Counted from the whole stretch's first letter, positions 21,495 through 34,002 are shown. The stretch: 63,059 bases of DNA, filler included, from Octopus bimaculoides (GCF_001194135.2; 5 parts of 5 records of this genome joined end to end with filler, not necessarily neighbours in it), one strand, 5' to 3'. The notes: generated from the letters alone by a model not told the origin. Translations and numbers: made by a program.

Positions 21495-24390
21495 CTGCGA
21501 CTGGTGTGGTTAATGATTGATCAGTGGTGGTAGCTGAGAATTCAGTGGTTGTGGATGGTGTTTCGCTGGTGGCAGAGAAGAGGTCAGTGGCAAAGGAGAG
21601 GTCAGTAGCAGAGGATGGTTGTTCAATGGTTGTTGATTGTTGTTCAGTGGTTGTTGATTGTTGTTCAGTGGTTGTTGATTGTTGTTCAGTGGTTGTCGGT
21701 TGTTGTTCAGTGGTTGTTAATTGTTGTTCAGTGGTTGTTGATTGTTGTTCAGTGGTTGTTGATTGTTGTTCAGTGGTTGTCGGTTGTTGTTCAGTGNNNN
21801 NNNNNNNNNNNNNNNNNNNNNNNNNNNNNNNNNNNNNNNNNNNNNNNNNNNNNNNNNNNNNNNNNNNNNNNNNNNNNNNNNNNNNNNNNNNNNNNNNNNN
21901 NNNNNNNNNNNNNNNNNNNNNNNNNNNNNNNNNNNNNNNNNNNNNNNNNNNNNNNNNNNNNNNNNNNNNNNNNNNNNNNNNNNNNNNNNNNNNNNNNNNN
22001 NNNNNNNNNNNNNNNNNNNNNNNNNNNNNNNNNNNNNNNNNNNNNNNNNNNNNNNNNNNNNNNNNNNNNNNNNNNNNNNNNNNNNNNNNNNNNNNNNNNN
22101 NNNNNNNNNNNNNNNNNNNNNNNNNNNNNNNNNNNNNNNNNNNNNNNNNNNNNNNNNNNNNNNNNNNNNNNNNNNNNNNNNNNNNNNNNNNNNNNNNNNN
22201 NNNNNNNNNNNNNNNNNNNNNNNNNNNNNNNNNNNNNNNNNNNNNNNNNNNNNNNNNNNNNNNNNNNNNNNNNNNNNNNNNNNNNNNNNNNNNNNNNNNN
22301 NNNNNNNNNNNNNNNNNNNNNNNNNNNNNNNNNNNNNNNNNNNNNNNNNNNNNNGTTGTTCAGTGGTTGTTAATTGTTGTTCAGTGGTTGTTGATTGTTG
22401 TTCAGTGGTTGTTGATTGTTGTTCAGTGGTTGTCGGTTGTTGTTCAGTGGTTGTTAATTGTTTTTCAGTGGTTGTTGATTGTTGTTCAGTGGTTGTCGGT
22501 TGTTGTTCAGTGGTTGTTAATTGTTGTTCAGTGGTTGTCGGTTGTTGTTCAGTGGTTGTTGATTGTTGTTCAGTGGTTGCTGATTGTTGTTCAGTAGTTG
22601 TTAAGTGTTGTTCAGTGGTTGTTGATGTCTGTTCAGTGGTTGTGGATGGTTGTTGAATGGTTATTAATGTCTGTTCAGTGGCTGTTGATTGTTGTTCAGT
22701 GGTTGATGTTGGTTGCGCAGTGGTTGCTGATTGTTGTTCAGTGGTTGTTGATTGTTGTTCAGTGGTCGTTGGTTGTTGTTCAGTGGTCGTTGATGTCTGT
22801 TCAGTGGTTGTTGTTGGTTGTTCAGTGGTTGTTGTTGGTTGTTCAGTGGTTGTTGGTTGTTGTTCAATGGTCGTTGATTGTTGTTCAGTGGTTGTTGATT
22901 GTTGTTCAGTGGTTGATGATGGTNNNNNNNNNNGTTCAGTGGTTGTTGTTGGTTGTTCAGTGGTTGTTGTTGGTTGTTCAGTGGTTGTTGGTTGTTGTTC
23001 AATGGTCGTTGATTGTTGTTCAGTGGTTGTTGATTGTTGTTCAGTGGTTGATGATGGTTGCGCAGTGGCTGTTGATTGTTGTTCAGTGGTTGTTGATGTC
23101 TGTTCAGTGGCTGTTGATTGTTGTTCAGTGGTTGATGATGGTTGCGCAGTGGTTGCTGATTGTTGTTCAGTGGTTGTTGATGTCTGTTCAGTGGTTGTTG
23201 GTTGTTGTTCAGTGGTTGTTGTTGGTTGTTCAGTGGTTGATGATGGTTGCGCAGTGGTTGCTGATTGTTGTTCAGTGGTTGTTGATGTCAGTTCAGTGGT
23301 TGTTGATTGTTGTTCAGTCGTTGTTGATNNNNNNNNNNNNNNNNNNNNNNNNNNNNNNNNNNNNNNNNNNNNNNNNNNNNNNNNNNNNNNNNNNNNNNNN
23401 NNNNNNNNNNNNNNNNNNNNNNNNNNNNNNNNNNNNNNNNNNNNNNNNNNNNNNNNNNNNNNNNNNNNNNNNNNNNNNNNNNNNNNNNNNNNNNNNNNNN
23501 NNNNNNNNNNNNNNNNNNNNNNNNNNNNNNNNNNNNNNNNNNNNNNNNNNNNNNNNNNNNNNNNNNNNNNNNNNNNNNNNNNNNNNNNNNNNNNNNNNNN
23601 NNNNNNNNNNNNNNNTGTTGTTGATGGTTGTTCAGTGGTTGTTGATGTCTGTTCAGTTGTTGTTGATGTATGTTCACTGGTTGTTGATGGTTGTTCAGTG
23701 GTTGTTGATGTCTGTTCAGTGGTTGTTGATGTCTGTTCACTGGTTTTTGATGGTTGTTCAGTGGTTGTTGATGTCTGTTCAGTGGTTGTTGATGTCTGGT
23801 CACTGGTTGTTGATGGTTGTTCAGTGGTTGTTGATGTCTGTTCACTGGTTGTTGATGTTTGTTCAGTGGTTGTTGATTGTTGTTCAGTGGTTGTTGATGG
23901 CTGTTCAGTGGTTGTTGATGTCTGTTCAGTGCTTGTTGATGGTTGTTCAGTGGTTGTTGATGTCTGTTCAGTTGTTGTTGATGGTTGTTCAGTGGTTGTT
24001 GATGTCTGTTCAGTTGTTGTTGATGTCTGTTCAGTGGTTGTTGATGTCTGTTCACTGGTTGTTGATGTCTGTGCAGTGGTTGTTGATGGTGGTTCAGTGG
24101 TTGTTGATGGCTGTTCAGTGGTTGTTGATGGTTGTTCATTGGTTGTTGATGTCTGTTCAGTGGTTGTTGATGGCTGTTCAGTGTTTGGTGATGTCTGTTC
24201 AGTGATTGTTGGTTGTTGTTCAGTGGTTGTTGTTGGTTGTTCAGTGGTTGTTGTTGGTTGTTCAGTGGTTGTTGATGTCAGTTCAGTGGTTGTTGATTGT
24301 TGTTCAGTCGTTGTTGTTGGTTGTTCAGTGGTTGTTGTTGGTTGTTCAGTGGTTGTTGTTGGTTGTTCAGTGGTTGTTGTTGGTTGTTCA
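21495..24390 (-). CDS. Large mucin PTS tandem-repeat exon (TTTEQQS / TTTEQPS / TTTEQTS heptads)
   Basis: No stop seen in the Thr-rich minus frame in the sequenced segments I translated. It ends TTPVA G|GTAAGT, and its 5' end is lost in a gap. The long Val/Cys ORFs on the plus strand are its antisense shadow. Confidence 0.85.
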
Positions 24391-24434
24391 NNNNNNNNNN
24401 NNNNNNNNNNNNNNNNNNNNNNNNNNNNNNNNNN

Positions 24435-24446
24435 TTAATTAATTAA
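24435..24446. other. Artificial scaffold spacer TTAATTAATTAA (also at 29545-29556, 34133-34144, 45399-45410)
   Basis: Identical 44N + 12-mer + 44N = 100 nt layout at four sites; the 12-mer has stops in all six frames. Confidence 0.95.
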
Positions 24447-24490
24447 NNNNNNNNNNNNNNNNNNNNNNNNNNNNNNNNNNNNNNNNNNNN

Positions 24491-24573
24491 AGAGGAAATG
24501 TTTTCCACTTTGGAAGAGGAAATGTTTTCCACTTTGGAAGAGGAAATGTTTTCCACTTTGGAAGAGGAAATGT
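24491..24573. repeat. 24-bp tandem repeat x3.5 (AGAGGAAATGTTTTCCACTTTGGA)
   Basis: Directly visible; sits at a contig end. Confidence 0.9.
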
Positions 24574-24574
24574 G

Positions 24575-25850
24575 TTGCAAAACAGGTTCCTTAATCAATG
24601 CTATAGTGTAGCTTATAATATATAATATTTATTTCTCCTGAGTTACTGGTTAAATAAATCTGTATGAATTTGAATCTCTGGCACAACTCTATGTTAGTAT
24701 TTACGTGGTTCTATGGAGCCGAAAAAAAGAAACAAAAAAAAAAAACAAATGTAAATTTATTATAGGTAATAAAAATGCAATGCAAGGACTGACAGGTTTC
24801 CTTTCTTTGAAAGAAGGGATTTTCACTAATCTCTATATAGCTTTTTTGTTTGTTGACTGTAATTTGCGAGAGAAACCTCAGCTTATAAAAAAAACAAAAA
24901 ACTCATACTGTTGAGCGAGTATATATTACGGATTTTGAAATTATATAGAAGAGGTAAGTTTTGTTAGTTCGTATAGGAAATTTTTCTTTGGTTCATTTTG
25001 GTTATGGAAGCAATGAAGCTTTTAGCGCAACTGTAGCAGTCCTTAATACTATTACTATTAAAAATATTATATCTAAAGTCTTCGGGGAAACACTTATTTA
25101 TAAGGTTTAAAAAAATTCTTGCAACATTAGAACGAAAATTCAAACTATATACAAGACCATACAACATATTTCGTTTCTCTTTTTGGTGTTTATGAGCATT
25201 TGTAATTCTATATGTAATGCATTCTAGCTTTGAAGTCTCTGTCTTTTAATGCTGAGTTGCACAGTAAATGATTCCTCGTCAGAAGATAAACTGGATATGC
25301 TCTTACTAATATTATTAACTAAGTTTTAAAGGCTTAATGGGGGATGGTTTAACGTGCATTAATATATTCCAAATTTTTCATTGGGTTTACCACAAAGGCA
25401 GCATTTACGAATATCCAAATCTAAAGATATAACTAAAAAATTAGTTAAATTCAAATCGACTATGATTTTTAAATCCAATCCTTTGTCTATTCTATATTCT
25501 AACTAACTGCATCTGTTATGTGACCATTCATATTTTGTAAAATGACCAGTAAATTTTAAAGAAAATTCCTTTAAACTGATTCTCGCAATATACGGACACA
25601 TGCAGATATTCAAGCATTCACAACAGCGTGTCACCATCTTTTTGTCCAAGTATATCTGGAGTTTAAAGGAGGATAATATTAATAACACGTGCCAATCTAC
25701 ATTATTGGCTCCAAGTCTATGGTTTTGAAATTTGAACAAGAGGTTGGAATTGGTGAATTCTTGAAGTCACTTTAAATCAATATCTATTAAGGAATTTCTG
25801 TCTACTGATGAACTCATTTTTCACAAAAATAATTCATCTATCCTATAAGA
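24575..25850 (-). mobile_element. Decayed Penelope-like retroelement (RT C-terminal half and downstream region)
   Basis: Minus-strand remnants NFLVISLDL...KPNEK/LEYINAR-NHPP and NVARIFLNLINKCFP...IFNSNSIKDCYSC match Penelope RT thumb and linker motifs. Confidence 0.75.
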
Positions 25851-25880
25851 TGGTTATACAATGAAAAACAAGATACACTT

Positions 25881-26020
25881 TATTTACATTATTTACATTT
25901 GACGGATATTTGTCCTCATCTTGTTTGTTGTTAACACAACGTTTCGGCTGAATACCCTCCAGCCTTCGTCAGGTGAGGACAAATATCCGTCAAATGTAAA
26001 TAATGTAAATAATGTAAATA
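25881..26020 (-). ncRNA. Penelope-type minimal type I hammerhead ribozyme motif inside a long inverted repeat
   Basis: CAC-CUGACGA-A-GGCUG/CAGCC-GAA-ACGU-U-GUG core at 25933-25975, enclosed by an inverted repeat of about 38 bp. Confidence 0.65.
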
Positions 26021-26068
26021 ATTCCTCATCTCTTAAATATAGAACTGTAAGATACACTTTGTTATTCA

Positions 26069-27343
26069 CAGGGGTTGGACAAAATAATGGAAACACCTTA
26101 AAATTTCAAACAAATTTGTTTTAATATTGGGTAGGCCCGCCTTTGGCAGTAATTACAGCTTGAATTCTACGAGGTATGGACTCATACAAATTTTGAATTG
26201 CTTCCAAAGGAATTTTTGTCCATTCTTCAGTTAAAACAGTCTCCAGTTCTTGTAGTGATGATGGTGGAGGATATTGACTCCTTACTTGTTTTTCTAAAAT
26301 GCACCATAAATTTTCAATAATATTGAGATCTGGGGACTGTGGTGGCCAGATAAGATGTTCAACTTCGCTAGAATGTTCCTCGTGCCATTCAGTAACAACT
26401 TTAGCTGAATGAATTGGTGCATTATCATCCTGAAAGATTGCGTTTCCCTCCGGAAACAGTTCCGCAACCATAGGGTGAATTTGATCAGATAAAATGCTTA
26501 AATAGTCTTGACTATTAATTCTGCCATGAAGGGAAACTATTGGACCGGTGATTTCCAAGATATAACTCACCTTCCAGATCATCACAGATCCTCGTCCATG
26601 TTTAACAGTTGGAAGAAGGCAGTCTGGATCAAATGCTTCTTTTGGCTGTCTCCATGCGTATACTTGGTCAGTAGTCGGAAATAAGGTAAAGGATGACTCG
26701 TCCGAGAAGATAACATTCTTCCACTGCTCTAGGGACCAATTCTGTAGGTTTTTACTCCACTCTAAACGCATTGCAACGTTTGTTTTTGAAAGTAGTAGTT
26801 TTCTGATTGCAACCTTCCCATGAAATCCGGCTTTGTGCAGCACCCGGCGAACAGTTTTTGTGGAAACTAGGTTCTCGAGGTGATCACCAAGCTCTGCAGT
26901 AATTTTGGGAGCTGTGATTTTGAGATCCTTTCTAACAATTCGCGTAAGAGACCGACGGTCCCCTTCTGAAAGTTTTGGTTTTCTTCCGAAGTTTGTTTCG
27001 ACGGGGAGGTTTTTCTTTCTTTCTCAAAGGCTGTTATTATTTTCGAGACAGAACTCCTTGATGAACCAAATATTTCGGCTGTTTTCGTTACGCTAGCGCC
27101 TGCCATACGAGCACCAGCAATTTGACCTCTTTGAAAGTCAGCTAGATCTGTCATTTTAATGAATTTTAACTACCTTTTCCCGATGATATCTTAAAAGAGA
27201 CAGCAATTTTAGCAGAACATATTAAGAAACACTAATAATAAATCAAAAAACATAAAAATAAACAAGCTTTTGACGATTTTATAGATATTTCAAAATTATG
27301 ATGATATGATGCTAGGTGTTTCCATTATTTTGTCCAATCCCTA
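26069..27343 (-). mobile_element. Full-length Tc1-like transposon with DD36E spacing, frameshifted
   Basis: About 30-bp TIRs (CAGGGGTTGGACAAAATAATGGAAACACCT). ATG at 27154, one frameshift near 26995, then an ORF with FSDES, FQDDNAPIH and SPDLNIIE to the stop at 26121. Confidence 0.95.
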
Positions 27344-27727
27344 TATATATACAACTTTATTAATAAACATCTTCTTTGATTTCATGTGCATCTCATATAT
27401 GATAATCTAGAGAGGAAAATAGCTCGTGTTTTTGTATGTAAATGGTTGAATATAAATGTGCAATTCGTATGGTGACTGGATAGCTGAATGTTTTCAAACG
27501 TTTTTGATTTTTTTTTTTCTTGAAAACCAAACAACCTCGATAACTGATTACATTTTGACGTGTATATGAATATTTTTGCTTGTATATTGCCATGCTGCTT
27601 CCTTACTTCAATCGTTTGAATAATCGGCAGAGTTAAACTCAGTGTTACGATTCAGAAGTTTCAACTTCTAATATATATTTATACATGTATGTATATGTAT
27701 ATCTATCTATATGTATATCTATCTATA

Positions 27728-27788
<61 letters not shown>

Positions 27789-28509
27789 AAAATACATAAA
27801 TAAAACGAGGAAAATTAAAAAGAATAGAAGAGACAAACAATATACGAAGTCTGGACAAGTAAAACAAGCGGTATATAAAAAAAAACGACTTAGGAATAAT
27901 GAAACAAAGAAACAACATTCAAAGAATAAAGCCCAATGAAAGGAACAGAGAGGATCTAACATTGCGGGTTAAACATTTTATCAAAGAGAAGGAAAAGTAA
28001 CAAGTTAAGAGAAAAAGAAATTGAAACAATACCGAATTTACGATGCTTGTTTACTTTGCAGGTTGGAAAGTAAACCTGCAATATAATAGACATAACAAAT
28101 TCTGTATAGTTTCTCTGTCTGTCTGCCTGTCTCTTTTGCTCTTGCTCTCTCACCCATTCTCTCTTCATACACACATGCATATTGAAAAGACGTCTATGCT
28201 CTATCTTAATCCTTTCAAGTTTTTACTTATTTATTTCCTTTATGAGTTCTTTACAGTTTGTTCCGAACTCTATGGTTCCTAAGTCTATTAATATTTCTAA
28301 ACTTTCATGATTATCAGGCTGAATCATTGACCTTGCTGTGCGTCTCTGCCGTCATTCAAGGGAATCGCAGTTGGTGATTTGTTATTGGTGACATTGGTCC
28401 CAGGTTTGAATTTATGTTAATTACATTTTTTTTCCAGCAACAAGAGAAAGGTTTTTATTTGTTACTAGTGAATCTGTGTTGAATTCTGCATTGTTATTGT
28501 GTTTGTAAA

Positions 28510-28892
28510 GTGGAGGCGCAATGGCCCAGTGGTTAGGGCAGCGGACTCGCGGTCATAGGATCGCAGCTTCGATTCCCAGACCGGGCGTTGTGAGTGTTTA
28601 TTGAGCGAAAACACCAAAAGCTCCACGAGGCTCCGGCAGGGGATGGCGGCGAACCTTGCTGTACTGTTTCACCACAACTTTCTCTCACTCTTACTTCCTG
28701 TTTCTGTTGTACCTGTAATTCAAAGGGTCAGCCTTGTCACACTGTGTCACGCTGAATATCCCCGAGAACTACGTTAAGGGTACACGTGTCTGGGGAGTGC
28801 TCAGCGACTTACACTTTAATTTCACGCGCAGGCTGTTCCGTTGATCGGATCAACTGGAACCCTCGACGTCGTAAGCGACGGAGTGCCAACAC
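28510..28892 (+). mobile_element. Full-length tRNA-SINE family B
   Basis: 13-bp target-site duplication ATTGTGTTTGTAA at 28496-28508 and 28895-28907. Confidence 0.92.
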
Positions 28893-29600
28893 ACATTGTG
28901 TTTGTAACATCGCTTTCATAATAAAACTCTTTGGTGGAAATCTAAATAAGATACTTGCGTTATTTACTAATGCTTTGTTCGTTGTTGTAGATGCATTTTG
29001 AGTTGCCGGAAAAGTGTTATATTTGTGTAGCCAATTTGACTGTCAAGTCTTGAAGTTGACAACCTTTTTGTTTCCAATCAAACTTGTAAATAATATTGGT
29101 GATTAGTAACATGTTCGTAGGCTTGCGGGCTTTATTGACATAGAGGGTTTTTTTATATATATATATTTTCAATATTTCTGTACTATTACTTTTAGTGTTA
29201 GCTTATGAGTGAGTGCAATACATTTTCTGTATGACTTTATGAGTTTCTTTCTTATAAAGCATAGACTTAACTTGCGTAAGAAGTTCGCTTCAAACCCACG
29301 TAGATTGGGGTTCAGTCTTATTGCGCGGCAGCTTGAGCAAATGTATTTCACGGCGACCTCAGATTAAACAATACCTTGTGAATAAAATTAGGTGGAAACA
29401 GTGCAGAAGCCTTTTCACACACACACACGAGTTACGGAATGGCGTAGATAAGATCCATGAAATATATATATATATACATACATGCATATATATATATATA
29501 NNNNNNNNNNNNNNNNNNNNNNNNNNNNNNNNNNNNNNNNNNNNTTAATTAATTAANNNNNNNNNNNNNNNNNNNNNNNNNNNNNNNNNNNNNNNNNNNN

Positions 29601-30265
29601 TTTATGGTATTTTCGAGGGGTTGTCCCTCGGTTTGTTTGTTTATTTCCCTATGCATCTCTTCGTCGATGTTTTTATATGTTTCTTCATTAGTGGAGGCCC
29701 TAAGTCTTAGTAGTTCAATCTCTGATTTTAGATGGAATAGTGCTAACTTTTCCCTGATGGTTCTCTGTCCGTCAGGTTCATTTGGTATTGTTTTGATCTG
29801 GAATTTGCGTGGGAGAATAATTGGTGTTGAGTTCATCCATCCCTCGTAAATATCTGCTTTGTTGGAATTTTTTATCATATTCCAGGAAGCGAGTTTTCTA
29901 TTATGGAGGCTTGTATTCCAAATATTCTCTATTTTTCTTTTTGTTAAATTGACTTGTGTGAGTATGGCGTCCTGATGTGTTTCATTTGGTGTGCGTTGGC
30001 TGTTTTTCGGTTTGTTTGTGAATACTGACTTTAGTGTAGTACACAGAGTGTTTAAATCTTTACTAATTTGTTCTTGTTTTATAATGAATTCGTCGATAGT
30101 ATCGTGTAGAGGAGGTTGTTGTTCATTGTTAGGTTTGTTAATGTATATTGATTTGAGGGTTGTGCATAAAAGTTGTAAATCATTACTAACCTGATCAGTG
30201 TAGTGAGTAGTGACTTCACTGTTTATCCTTTCTCGGGCGAGAAGATTTGAGTCCTCGATTTTTTT
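29601..30265 (-). mobile_element. Uninterrupted retroelement-type ORF fragment (~221 codons), probably a Penelope-like N-terminal region
   Basis: Open frame between two gaps: ...WNTSLHNRKLASWN...IYEGW...PIILPRKFQIK...KSEIELL. Family assignment is from recollection, not a search. Confidence 0.5.
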
Positions 30266-31439
30266 NNNNNNNNNNNNNNNNNNNNNNNNNNNNNNNNNNN
30301 NNNNNNNNNNNNNNNNNNNNNNNNNNNNNNNNNNNNNNNNNNNNNNNNNNNNNNNNNNNNNNNNNNNNNNNNNNNNNNNNNNNNNNNNNNNNNNNNNNNN
30401 NNNNNNNNNNNNNNNNNNNNNNNNNNNNNNNNNNNNNNNNNNNNNNNNNNNNNNNNNNNNNNNNNNNNNNNNNNNNNNNNNNNNNNNNNNNNNNNNNNNN
30501 NNNNNNNNNNNNNNNNNNNNNNNNNNNNNNNNNNNNNNNNNNNNNNNNNNNNNNNNNNNNNNNNNNNNNNNNNNNNNNNNNNNNNNNNNNNNNNNNNNNN
30601 NNNNNNNNNNNNNNNNNNNNNNNNNNNNNNNNNNNNNNNNNNNNNNNNNNNNNNNNNNNNNNNNNNNNNNNNNNNNNNNNNNNNTTGTCTTTTCAAATTT
30701 CTCTACTTCATTGTGTCGTGTTCGTTCCAGTCTGAGAAAGAAGAGTTCTAGATAGGGGGAGGTAATTAGGGATTTCTTCCGGTATAGGGGAGATAATCGA
30801 AATCTAGGAGGTGGTAGAATTTGATTAATTTACCATGGTTTTGTTCTATATCCCCCCCCCTTTTTTTTTTCTCAGTGGGGTGATGAATTTCCTTATTTAA
30901 ATGTGTTAGCAATGGTTAAGTTTGGGTTTGTATTTTTGAATGAAAAAGGTTTCCTTATTTAATCTAATCTGTGTTGGTGTTTTAATGGCACATTGATAAA
31001 AAGGAAAGATTATAAATTGTGGTAGCATATACATATATATATATATGTGTGTGTGTGTGTAGATAAATAAATGGGAGTTAAACGCAGATGTTATTTAAAT
31101 TCTTTTACCTCCGAAATATGTTTCGAAGAAAACATTGGTATTAATCCAGAAGGAATAAAATGATGTGAAACAATGCAATCTTCTCATCAGGGAAAAAAGA
31201 TACCAAACACATCAATGAGGCAGAATATGATGACTTCGTATATGATGAAGAGAACGCTAGCAAGTTTTTTTTTTTTAACCCTTAGTAGATACAACGTCAA
31301 GGTGGTTTATAGAAAGGGAAGGAGGGGAAAGAAAGAAAGAAATTGGCAGAAAGCGAATAGTGGAGCGATAAAGAGCTATAGGTGAATTAGAATAATGCTT
31401 AAAGGCATGGAGGTAGGTATGTTTAGTGGAAGTGAAATA

Positions 31440-32760
31440 TAAGATGACAGTCAAAGGTCGAATTTTATAGAATGGTAGAAATCACTTATAGGAACTGAAG
31501 GTATGTTTCTTCCAATGTTTGCACACGATAAACGCGTTCGATAAACGTGTTTACAAGGGGATTCTCTAAGAACAAGTTATAGTACATCTCAGTGTTACAA
31601 AGCGGACAAAAATATTTAGGATTTACCTTTATCATATGGATAAGATACAGAGAGAATATTCCATTCCAAATCAACATGATCATGTGTAGAGTAGTGGTGG
31701 AGCAAGATAGCTATGTGTTGAGAGGGACTTTTGGGAGTTTGAATACATGTAGTAAAATAAAGGTTTAAAGAAATATTAACCATTTTTCATATTTTTCATG
31801 TGTAAAAGCTGCTACCCAAGGATAAAAATCGTGTTATACAACGTTATTAGGCACCGTCGTGACTGTACTGTTAAGATGTTCATTTAGCAGTCAGATGCTT
31901 TCCTGTTCGAATACGTGTTTGTTCTTTTTTAACTAAAGAAGTGGATATTGTTTTAAGACCAATGATTAAGGAAGTCGACAGCAAAAAGTAAAAGCTTTTG
32001 TGGATAGTGTGTTGAAGATGTCCGGATTGTATGTTGGAATTAGTAGATTGACCCCAGTCTCTATTTGGGTTTGTACGCAACAGGAATCCAGTTGTCTAGG
32101 TAATGATACTGAATTCGGCAGGTGACACTTTGTTCAGAAGTGCCGTCAGAGTTCATCTTACTATGGTAGCGAAACCGGAGATATTTTTTAAAAGGGGTTG
32201 GATATCTTAGTGTATGGGTGGTGCGAGAAAAAAAAGACGAAGTGGTAAAGGGTTTGTTAGACAGAAGCAAATGCTGGATTGTTTTGATAAAGAGAGGTAT
32301 CTTGCATAAAGTTCGACATTCGTGGTTTAGATGTCAAGAAAAATATAGCACTCTCTTGTCTTCTCCCACCAAAATAGCTGTCCATCTACTAAAATCAGAA
32401 ATCTCTATAGTTCATGTGCTGAAGTGCTTTGGTATATATGTTCCCTCACTTAACCTTCTGTGTACATATCCTACTTATTCATACCACCCAAGTGGATACA
32501 ATAAAGTACCACTCAAGTTCTGCGGTCATTGTAGTCAACTTATCCTTTCCTCTTAAAACTGTTGGCCATGTACCAAAATTGATTTTGCTATTATTTGTCT
32601 TGGCAGAGTCGTTGAAGGCCTTTTTTCTGACTCTCTACTTTCAGAGTTCAATGTGCCGAAATCTGCTTTGGCTTACATCATTTTGGGATCGATAAAACAA
32701 ATACTAGTTGAGCCCAGGGGTTCATGTAATTCGAATAGCCACTCACCACAAAATTCAGAT
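31440..32760 (-). mobile_element. Possible heavily decayed Penelope/GIY-YIG remnant
   Basis: Weak fragments (VGEDKR, KKEQTRIR..L) in broken frames. Confidence 0.25.
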
Positions 32761-32779
32761 CCTGTGGCTATTGTAGAAG

Positions 32780-33370
32780 AAATAATAATAATCAGAATAA
32801 GAAGTCAGTGCAATATATACTGAGTGAGTGTAGTATACGAGCACAAAAGGAGTACTGCGTAGGCAAAAGAGTGATAGTCGAGTATGTGGCTTCAAAACAA
32901 ACAGAAAAATGGTATGAACAAGAAACATAGGCTGCGATAGAAAATGAAAATTACAAGATCTTGTGAGACTTTGCAATAAAGACTAACCATACTACGGAGA
33001 CATGACGATAGAAGACTAAATAGGCCAACAGTGCAAGATCATGGATCTTACAATTCCCTATGATAGCAGAGTTGATACTAAAGAAATGGAAAGAAAATAT
33101 GAAATGCCAGGATCTTGCTAGAAAGCTAAGGAGACTGTGGAAGACTAAAACAACAATTATTCCTGTTGCAATAAGCGCACTTGATACAACACCCAAAATG
33201 CTACCTAAAAGACTGAAAGAAATTGAAACTAAAACTTGCATTGTTGACCTGCAGAAAAATATTATCCTATATTGTTCAAGAATTCTTAGAAAAACTCTTG
33301 AGATTTGAGGTCACTTGTCACTAAACCTCAAAATAAAGTACCTCCTAACTAAATTAGCATACACTTGCAT
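32780..33370 (+). mobile_element. 3' end of a REL-endonuclease non-LTR retrotransposon (R4/Dong-like), decayed
   Basis: CCHC-knuckle remnant, then WYEQ, ENENYKIL*DF, DLTIPYD, QDLARKLRRLWK and LQKNIILYCSRILRKTLEI*. Confidence 0.85.
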
Positions 33371-33381
33371 AATAATAATAA

Positions 33382-33553
33382 TGATTTCAAATTTTGGTAC
33401 AAGGTCAGCAATTTTGGAAGATTAAGTTGATTACATCGAACTCAGGGTTAATCTGATACATATTTTATCGACCCCGAATGGATGAAAGGCAAAGTCGACC
33501 TCAGCAGAATTGAACACATAATGTAACGACGGAAGAAATGCCGCTAAGCATAC
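33382..33553 (-). mobile_element. SINE family A, 5'-truncated
   Basis: Reverse complement of the family A body, with (AAT)n at its 3' end. Confidence 0.8.
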
Positions 33554-34002
33554 TACTAATTGCTTATTGATCTTGCAATAGAAGTAAAATTTAAATAGTC
33601 TTTAGCAGCTCTGTTAACAAATACATACAAGATTCAATTCGGAAGAGATAGCTGAGATAATCAGACACAAAAATGCTTAGGTACGTACATACAAACATAT
33701 GTGTGAATAAAAATTCAATGGCTATATAATTTAACGGCATGTGTTATCCAGAGATGTAAACTTGGAATAAGATATTTTCAGATAACGAGTGTAATAAACA
33801 GAATTAATCTCTACGATTACAGATCTGAAGCACGTGATCTAAGCGAAATAAGTAAATATTTAGTTAAGATATCACAATTTGTGTAATAAGCAGCAGATGC
33901 AGCGAGGCGTTCTCAGTAATATGTAACTAGAACCGTACAAACACAGACTACTGACAAATAGCTTAGATAATTGTTAATAAGATCATAGTATAAGGCAACT
34001 AT

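Noticed and set aside
21524-24442. Long plus-strand Val/Cys-rich and VVQWLL ORFs, and minus-strand Asn/Gln/His ORFs
   Set aside because: They are alternative frames of the 21-nt repeat. Only the Thr-rich minus frame ends at a splice donor in phase with the downstream SEA exon.
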